A stretch of 63,891 nucleotides of DNA, counting the filler, from Platydemus manokwari (Eukaryota), in the NCBI GenBank assembly GCA_037951405.1. It is 6 parts of 6 records of this genome, joined end to end, with 100 filler letters (N's around TTAATTAATTAA, not from the genome) between each part and the next. Parts side by side here need not be neighbours in the genome. Positions count along the whole stretch, not along the records: positions 44,430 to 55,302 come from JBBMOY011097740.1; positions 55,403 to 63,891 come from JBBMOY011342649.1; 4 more parts are not named here. The stretch is one strand, 5' to 3'. The position numbers were made by a program, and so were the translations under genes. Under the pieces are notes generated by a model, which did no database searches, was not told the origin of the DNA, and worked only from the letters and a program-made list of their open reading frames with translations. Of the stretch, positions 55,169 through 63,891 are shown one piece after another. The stretch's first letter is position 1; each line of letters begins with the position of its first letter.

Positions 55169-55302
55169 GAATGTAGCTAAAATGTATGCAGTTTATATAT
55201 TTCTTAAATATTACAAATACAGAAATTTAAAAATTTATTAAAAGTACCAATAGTAAATTAAATCTTAAAATAATGATTTTAAAAGTGCATATAACATGTA
55301 TT

Positions 55303-55402
55303 NNNNNNNNNNNNNNNNNNNNNNNNNNNNNNNNNNNNNNNNNNNNTTAATTAATTAANNNNNNNNNNNNNNNNNNNNNNNNNNNNNNNNNNNNNNNNNN
55401 NN
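55303..55402. other. Artificial contig spacer
   Basis: 44N-TTAATTAATTAA-44N. Confidence 0.97.

Positions 55403-55472
<70 letters not shown>
55403..55472. repeat. (TAA)n microsatellite at contig end
   Basis: About 23 perfect units. Confidence 0.95.
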
Positions 55473-55474
<2 letters not shown>

Positions 55475-56502
55475 AAATGGTGTTAATAGTATCGAATAAC
55501 ATCAATCATTGAAAATTATCGATTTTATTAATAGATTCTCTGATAAAATAAATTCCAAAATATCATCACCAAAATCAATAATCGAATCCTTTTCCATCAA
55601 TACAAACTTTTCAGATTATTCCATAAGTTTAAACAATAATTTCTCATAATTTTTAATATTCCAAAATTTGCTCTAACAAATTCAAAGACGAAATACAATC
55701 AAATCGAAAAGAAATCCACTTGAAACAAAAATGCATTGGAAAAATTGAAACCAGCAGACATCAACACAACAAATTCCAATTGTTGTTCATCATTAATTGA
55801 GGCATAAAAACAAATTGGAAACTGGGAAAATTTGGATGAACTCGGTTGTGAAATCATTTGCAACAACAACCAGATTGGATTCTCCAAAAATAAAGCCCTC
55901 AAATGGAATATCAAACCCAAAAAATACTTTTGAAAATTATGTTTTGAAAAAAACAAATTGATTTTTTCCCAAGAGGATTAAAACAACAGAACCAAGTAAT
56001 CGATACAGGAACCAACAAGTTAAACCAAAAAAAATCAAATGAAAATTATCGATTAAAGCAAAAACAAATAAATATTTTTACAAAACTCAAATATCTGCCT
56101 CGAGTCATCAAACGAAATTAGTAGAAGAGAGGAAAAAAAAATCCACCGATCGATAAACCATAATTTTGTTTTATTGGTTTTATCAATTGTTGAAGATAGA
56201 ACGAAATTTTTGCCAGAAATAATTCAAGCATACGAAGAAATTAATTGGCGACATCAAAAATTCCGTGTTATTCTATTGTATATTTTATTTTGCAGGATAA
56301 GAATTGGAATTGGGCGGCAAACATTATCTGATCTGGTGAAGAGCACTTGTACGCCTCCGTCTCAGTTGAGAAATATATAGGCTTGGAGATATGGGAAACA
56401 GATATGATAGCGAATAAAGTTATTTTTGATAAATAAATTATTTAATTAAACTGGAAATCAATGAAAAACCAGAAAATAGTATTATCAAACCAAAAACCTT
56501 AC

Positions 56503-56815
56503 CTAACAACACCGGTACTGCTCTCCATTGAACTTTGCCGTGTTGATTGCGCACAATACAACGCAATGTAGCCGCAGAACCCTGAGCAGCTTCATAAACC
56601 GGTTTCGGTATTTCTTGAAAGCACTGGATATTTTTATCGATCTCTTCGCTGGTACATTCATTCGACTGTTTGATTTTCGCTCCAGAAGACAATTCTGAAT
56701 CGGTAAAATCCAAATCATCGTTAATCAAATCGTATTTCTGACACCAAGCACAGTGGGAAAAAAGCGAAAAAAAAAACATCATTTTCCAAAATACATCCCA
56801 ACTCGTCGAGCTCAT
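56503..56815 (-). CDS. First coding exon of a Kirre/NEPH/nephrin-like immunoglobulin-superfamily protein
   Basis: Signal-peptide-like MMFFFSLFSHCAWC, then FQEIP...GSAATLRCIVRNQHGKVQW...LLG, which matches the first Ig domain pattern F...P.....G..v.L.C.V.n..G.VQW.....LG. A phase-1 donor AG|GTAAGG at 56502 falls where the similarity ends. Downstream exons were not found on this contig. Confidence 0.75.
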
Positions 56816-58038
56816 TGATTAGATCGGAAATACAAAGTAATCCAACAAAACCGTTTTGATGATGAGTAGTTCGTTTGTATTTTCGAAAATTTACGTTTTG
56901 TATTATTATCTTGTAAAAATCGTGCTTTCGGAATTTGATTTAAAAAGTGATGAATGGTCAAATATCTTATGAATTTAACTGAATTACTATTCGCTGATAA
57001 TCGACCAATAGAAATCGAGATAATCGAAAATTGTTTACAATAACCATTTCGGTTGTTTAAATGATTATGTAATACATTATCACATTGATTTATGTTAGTG
57101 ATATGGATTTTTGCGTAAATATTCGAGTTGGAAAATCATGAAATGTTACCCAGAATCGTTTATTGTTCTTCCGTCAATGTTTACTTAATCAAATCTTTTA
57201 ACATACCGAAACAAACTCTATCGAATACCAATCGGTAAACACATTGAGAAATGATTTATACTTGATATAATGGTGATAAAATACGTTTCATACATGGGAA
57301 AACAATTAGTGGTGATTCATTGTTGTGAGTCGTTTCAAGATCGAAGTCGGTCAATTTCTGTGACAGGTGTTGATTGTGTTATCCCCCGACAAAAATATAT
57401 TCGATGATTAGTAGTCGATATAGCTCGCGGCATTTCTGGTGGAATGCCCGAATTTATTGCATTACCAATCTGGATTACGGTATTCGCATGTTTTTCCCTG
57501 TGTGTAGAACATATGATTTCGTGTAAATGTGGAATCAATAGCCTATTTGTTTATTAATAAACTCGATTTTTATTAGTTTATATTTAACCCGTTGATAAAT
57601 TCCAAAAAATAAACCAAATGAAACACATCGGAAACAAAAAATCCAAACCATCTGCCTGTATTTTTCGATTCGTCTTAATATTGATTTTTCCCATTTTATA
57701 TTCATTCTTCATCGAATATTTTTCAATATTTTCAACAACATTTTTTCGTAATGCTAAAGTCTATCTCAATTTTCTCCTCTCAATTTCCACCTAAAAAATT
57801 CCATTGGTTTTTTTCTTTTTTCCTTTTTCCTTTTTTTTCTTTTCTTTTTTTCCTTTTTCTTGTTTCTTTTTTCTTTGATGTTCGATTAAAATATATTCTT
57901 TAAAAAATAGTTTCTGAGAAAAAATAAATTGCTTTATGCTCATATCGAAATAAGACTCAAATATAAGAAAATATTAATTAGAGAATTCGAGAAGAAAAAA
58001 GAAAAGACAGACGAACATTGCTGATACATCTAACATCA

Positions 58039-58338
58039 ATGAGACAGGTCTCATTAAAAGAAGATCGGGTAAGTGTTTCCAGAATTAATTATTCCCATCA
58101 AAACTTTATCCATTTTAATTAATCTTTTCAGAAATTTTGTTTAATCGTTAATGAAGAAATATACAAATAAAATTACAAAAAAAAAGAAAAATATTTTAAG
58201 GATTTTTTTCAAAATTTTAATGAACATGAACTAATTAGGGAAATTAAAGTCCCAAAGTCATTTGAAATCATAGATCGTGTTGAATTGGAATCAACGGGCA
58301 ATGATGAAAACGGTGAGAACGTTCAGGCACTCTTTGAA
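58039..58338 (+). CDS. Candidate exons 58039-58068 and 58201-58338 of an unidentified gene
   Basis: Two consensus GTAAGT donors (58069, 58339), a TTTTAAG acceptor (58200), both phase 0, giving the open frame MRQVSLKEDR|DFFQNFNEHELIREIKVPKSFEIIDRVELESTGNDENGENVQALFE. No family recognised. Confidence 0.4.
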
Positions 58339-60559
58339 GTAAGTAGATGTCTTCTGTTTTGTTTCTGGATAAAATAAAACATCACGGTTGATTTTTTTTT
58401 AATGGAATTTATTCCGTTCTGTATTATCGAGTTGACTTGTAGGAATGCTATTTTGCACTATATTAATTTAATTAGAATTTCAACTGACAAATGATTTGAG
58501 TTTTGAAAATGATTTGGGTGGAGATTTTAAAGAAGATGTTTTTTTTAAGTTCAAATATTCCATCGTCATAAAATTATATAATACTTGATTGAACCAAATT
58601 TTATTACCTAATCGATCGATATTTGCACAAGAGAATAAGCTTTCACTTGAGAAATTAATAAGATTAAATACTTGGACCGGAAATCATTTCCCATGAACTC
58701 CCACTAATATCTATTTATCCATATGGATAAAATGAAAAGGACAGTGAATTAAGTAATATAATCAATACAGTACATTAATAATATATTATTAATATTCGAC
58801 AACAAAACTAAAATTAATGATTATCATAAAGCCCAGTTTCAATGACTGATATAAATTCCATCAGGCAGTGAATAAGGGGAAGATTTTTTCGTTACTGATG
58901 GCAATAAAATTAAATTAATCGAACATATGGAATCGAAAGATAAGGAATCTCAATTTCCCAAATTGGGTCACCAGTGAACTATTTGATGGCTTCCAGAGAT
59001 TACTTGAATCATCACATCAATCACCGTCCAATCTTTCGTGTCTAATGTGCAATAAAATTCACAAGTTTTTAAATCACATTCGTGATATATTATTGTTATA
59101 CTTGATGTTAGATGATCTTCCGAAATTGATATCCCATCTTTGCTAGAAGAAATTCCTTTCCAACACACAAATATATAATAATTCTATATAGATATACAGG
59201 ATTTGGTATAAGTGAGTAGAATGGATTACAACTACCAATTATCGATCAGCAGGCACTAAGAAGTCTTACAAAATATTTACTAAAAATAGTAACAAATTAA
59301 TTTAAACATTGTCTTGTATTGAGTTGTCGTCAATTCAACAAGATGTTGATCTCTATGTGAGATTTTTTTAATTAAAATTGTTACATTTTAGTAGTTCTAT
59401 TGGAAGAGCTTATTTAATTGGTAGAACAAGCATGGATCCCATTTTTTGGAAAAGTACTTGATTAGAAATGGAACTCAAAAATTTAATTAATTAACTCTGG
59501 TTTCTCGTTGTTATATCGTGGAGGATATTTTGATATCTTTTCTCCTGGTTAAATTGAAAATGAATGTGGGATGCTTGGTTTTTGTAACGGTATATTTATT
59601 AGGCCAGTTTAATTGATTTACTATTGTTCTACATGTGTTCCAAACATATGTGGACCGTGTATTCCCTTCTCATATTTGAACAGATACATTGTCATGCATC
59701 ATATTCCCAAAACCCGACATCCATCAATGGGATTCGAATTATTTGAGCTTACAAGATAAAAATGGAGAGATAAAAAAACAATCGACATAATTATCGACTG
59801 ATTTACCAAAATCTGCCAGACTCACACAGTTAAATTCTCAAACGTTAAAAAAATTCTCAGTTGTATTTTAAAAATTTATAATTATATTTCAACAAACTGT
59901 AATTGAGCATAAAAATGTCAAGATTTTTATCACGAAATCATTGCTAATTTAATTTTTTTATTTTATTTTTTATTAAACTGGTTTGTATACAGGATTTTTT
60001 CTTAATATTTCTCATCACCATTTCGTCGATATTAATTCTAGGATATTAGAAAATCTAAATCATATGAGCCAGGTAATTTAATCGATGTTAATTATAAATA
60101 GGATATCAATTTTTTCCATTGATCTAAATGGTTTTCATCTAATTCGATCAAATATATCAAATAAAGAATCAATAAACCTAAATATTGATATTTTAGTTAA
60201 ATATCAAAAGATTTCATTTTTAGACTTGAGTTCAGAAAAGAGTTTCCCTTTACGTACTTTCCTTATCGTTAATTTTTTCGAATGAATGTCATTTTATAAT
60301 TTAATTTTAAATATATTTTATCTCCGATTTCATGCCAAAATTAATTTTAGATCAAGCTCATATGTGTTTTTAAATCTATCGGATTAATGGATTGATGAAG
60401 TATTTTTAATGGCATGAGGTTTGGAAAACATAATTAAAAATCCAACAAAACATAACTGATTGATCCGACCTCACCCACATCAATCAAATGTAAAGTAATA
60501 GTTAAAATGTTAATCTTATATTGATATTAGAATTTCGTGTCTCGGATTGTCACACGTCG

Positions 60560-61154
60560 GTTTTGAAGTGGGAATAAGAAATCCAAATACCAACCAAATT
60601 GATTTAACAATAATTTTTTAAATATTTTGCTTTCTATGACATTTTCATAAGCTTTTTAACATTTGGTGATGTTTTATTTCAGTCGATAGCACACATTTTA
60701 TGATGCCGAATAGGGGCAAAACAAAATTGTTACACCAAATTCCAATTCTTATCACAACATTTCGATATGATTTTTTGAGTTTTAAAATTATAAATCAACT
60801 TAGTAAATTCGTGACATGCTACATAATCTAAAAATACTTATATTTATAAAATTATTATAAAAATTTATAGTATCTCTCAATTTATTTCTAATATTAAAAT
60901 GGAGTTCTCGCTAATTTTCATTAAGCTGTATTTGACCTACATTGATCCGTTTTTCAAATAATCAAATTTTATGAGATTTTAAAGCTCTAGCTTATTTAAT
61001 TTTCGATTTCAAACAACTAAAATTCTTATTATGAATTTAACTCTAAAATTCAAAATATTTTTAAAGAACATAATTAAATAAACTATATAGAATTTTGCAA
61101 TACACTCAACAAATTTAAAATTTCATTTTAAGACCCCCTTTCTTAACTTCAACC
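60560..61154 (+). mobile_element. MITE copy 3 (same family as 23115-23684)
   Basis: Colinear similarity to copy 1, ending GACCCCCTTTCTTAACTTCAACC. Left end approximate. Confidence 0.7.
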
Positions 61155-61899
61155 TATTTTTAATATAAGGTTTAATAAATGAAAATTTGTTTTAAAAATT
61201 GAATAAACGTTATATAAGATTCTTTAAATCAACATATTTTAAAATTTTTAAAGCATTTAACCGACTTTTTCAAATAGTTATTTTTAGTTTTTTTGCTTTC
61301 ATTTTCTACAGATATTTTATTACTAATTAGACATCGATAGTAAAAATAATTCTTATTTATCAACATTTTATTCAATGATAATAATTCTGACAACAAATAT
61401 TTCTTGTAATCTTTAGTATTAAAATCATTCATAAATATTAATTTATCTGAACTCTTAATCTTTTGGCATCAATTTCAAAATTTTTGATATTTCCTGCTGT
61501 AGTAATCACAGAAAATGAATGAGATTGGAATTTTCTTCATTGAACACAAGGTAGAAATGAATATCGAAAAGAAACAAGGAAATATTTTTGAATTTAAGGG
61601 TCACCTTATTATATAAAGGAATTTTTATGGCCTTACATCTTGTTCTTTACATCTTAATTTTAGCGAGATTTTATTCTGATCTTGAATATTTTACCGATAA
61701 CCTCTTGTAACATTGATGTGTTCCTTTTAAAGAAAATTATTTAAGCTAATGAAGTGATTATCTGATCGGGTTCCATGGTAAATCAGGAGACTTTGATGGA
61801 TTATTTTGGTGACATCTCCTCAATCTACATGACTTGATAAAAAAAATTTAAAATTTCAATAAATTTGTAATACATTTGAGTCTTTCAAATGACCATGTT

Positions 61900-62360
61900 G
61901 ATGAGGCTACAATTTTTGTTATAATTTTTGTAGTATCTTTTAGATAAACGTGATGATAGGTAACTTAACTTAAAAATGTGTGCAGGAATAGAACCTGTTC
62001 TATCTTGCAGGCAGACTAACTTTCCTAATTTCTTAAAATAATAATGAGTTAAATCTAGTTGTACTGATTGAGTCCTTTCCGGCATACGAACAATGTATGT
62101 TATTCATTAAAAACAAAGTCACCACAAAATCCTAAGAATCGTTTATATAAGGAACACTGAAGCCGCACCAACCAATCCAAGACGAAATAATTTTCAAATA
62201 TTCCAGTAAATCGATCAAGTAGGCATAAAGTAAAACAAATTATTCAACAGGCCAATCAAAAAGCTCCAAAAACAAGAAGGTCCAATGAAAACCTCCACAC
62301 AAGGGAGTTCCAGAAAATAGTACCCATCTGATTCACACTCACATAATCGTGACAACAACT
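61900..62360 (-). mobile_element. Ulp1/C48-like cysteine protease remnant, probably TE-derived
   Basis: PLCGGFHWTFLFL (~62267-62305), AYLIDLL and VQLDLTHY (degenerate Q.D...C) lie in catalytic H-D-Q-C order, interrupted by stops. Confidence 0.4.
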
Positions 62361-62984
62361 AAGCATTGTTGATCCCGAATCAGTTGGTAGGCGATTTCTA
62401 TCAAATCATTTTTATCAATTAAGTGTGAACTATTATTCGTCAGGGTTTTTGTTATCTCGAAAATCACAAGTTTTATTTGGTGAATAGCTATGAGGGTTAC
62501 TATTAATAACTACTACGAGTCTTGCAATGCGGATAATAACAGCTCATATTAATAATTGATAATAATAATTATTATTATTGTTTTATAGATCCAATAGAAA
62601 TCAATAGATATTTTTTGGTTCCAGATTGTCTTGTCACATCTAAATCCACTCATAAAATTTTATCAACCAACCAATATCTTATGATTATTAACGTTTCGGT
62701 TCAGTTTTCATCTCCTATAATATTCTCCCAATGATTGAATCACTTATTCTCTCAAATTCATCAAGTCCATCACAACACCATATTAATAATATTTATATAA
62801 AGGAATTTTTAAAATTACATTTATAAATCAAACACCGAAAGAAATAATCGAGATAAATCTTTGATTTTGAAAAAAAAACGATGTTGTTAATAGATCATAT
62901 TGCGGCAAAGATTGTCAATACCAAATGACTTACACTAGATCGGAGTTTCATGACGGCCCCAATAAAGCAAAACTGTGTTTGGAG

Positions 62985-63240
62985 ATTTCAGTGACAAATT
63001 CAAGGAGCGAATAAAGCTAAATGGAGAGTGTCAGCGATTCATGAGAATCGACGATAAATTCGAGAAACCTCTCATATCAGCGGAAAATCCCCTTTATTCC
63101 AATGATCGAGAAATTCAAATAGCGAATAGAGCAAAACGGAAGATGTCAAGTGATTCATAAGAATCGACGAACGATTCGAGAAAGCTCTCATATCACTGGA
63201 AAATTCCTATTAATATAACGATAGAGAAATTCAAGATGAT
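62985..63240. repeat. Diverged tandem repeat, 116-bp period, a little over two copies
   Basis: GATTCAT(G/A)AGAATCGACGA...TTCGAGAAA.CTCTCATATCA..GGAAAAT occurs at 63036 and 63152, with a partial earlier unit from ~62985. Confidence 0.85.
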
Positions 63241-63891
63241 AACAACGAAAAACCAAAGAAACGTTTCAAAAAAAAATAATAAAGAAGATATGAAACAGAC
63301 CCGTTAAGGAATTTGAGAAGTATTTTAGACAAACTCGTGTTTGAAAACAAATTTTCATATTTTTATAAGCTGATTTATGGTAATTATAAATTATGATAAT
63401 AAATATAAAATTATAATTGTAATAATATATATATAAATAATCAAAATTATTTTCAAACGACTGCATTATTTGAAAATGTCTGATAATTTTATCATTCTCA
63501 TTTTATTATCATCATAATATTTAATATTATCATTATAATAATAATAATTCTTCTTAATAATTATTATATTATTATTAATATTATTATTATCATTAAAAAA
63601 TTAATAATATATCCTTAAAAACTTATTCATAGCTAAAAATCCTATTCCTCGTGCTAAAAGAACAATCTCCTGTAACTCGAACTTTCATAAAAGCTTTTGT
63701 TTGCTGAGGAAATGATAATATATTATTTATGGATTTAATTATCCTCGGCAATTGTAAAAATAAAAAGGGCAATTCTAATCAGATCGCTTTATTATTGGAT
63801 ATATTATTGGTCTATTTTATACATCTACAGAACTCTTAAAGTTTTATTGCCTCCACGATTGTTTTGTTTCGACAGAAATAGTTATGGAAGT

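Noticed and set aside
10432-55402. Five identical TTAATTAATTAA motifs at ~9-15 kb spacing
   Set aside because: Each sits in an exact 44N/44N pad and is an assembly concatenation linker, not biological. It also means gene neighbourhoods across spacers cannot be read as clusters.
56438-56502. Hydrophobic C-terminus of the 125-aa ORF as a transmembrane anchor
   Set aside because: It lies beyond a consensus GTAAGG donor in the middle of the Ig domain and is intron read-through.
1-63891. tRNA, rRNA, snRNA or spliced-leader RNA genes
   Set aside because: None recognised by eye; a tRNAscan-SE or Infernal run would be needed to exclude them.

Overview
AT-rich eukaryotic genomic DNA. Composition, GT-AG introns and the repeat families are compatible with a flatworm such as a planarian; this is inference and was not checked. 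The window is six contigs joined by five identical artificial 100-bp spacers (44 N + TTAATTAATTAA + 44 N), so adjacency across spacers is not biological evidence. Recognisable host genes: an intronless SLC10-family sodium/solute symporter (24251-25624, -), the last exon of a BIR-domain IAP-like protein (48207-48802, +), an intronless R3H-domain protein (54449-55168, -), the first exon of a Kirre/nephrin-like Ig protein (56503-56815, -) and a possible small spliced gene (58039-58338, +). Much of the rest is decayed transposable elements: Ty3/Gypsy, RLE-type (NeSL/R4-like) non-LTR elements, Ulp1-like protease remnants, mariner/Tc1, hAT, weak DIRS-like, Penelope-like and APE-LINE traces, and a dispersed ~570-590-bp GG-terminated MITE. 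The most notable structure is the SLC10 gene enclosed by two inverted copies of that MITE, a candidate composite transposon. I found no strong evidence for a wholly new biological system.
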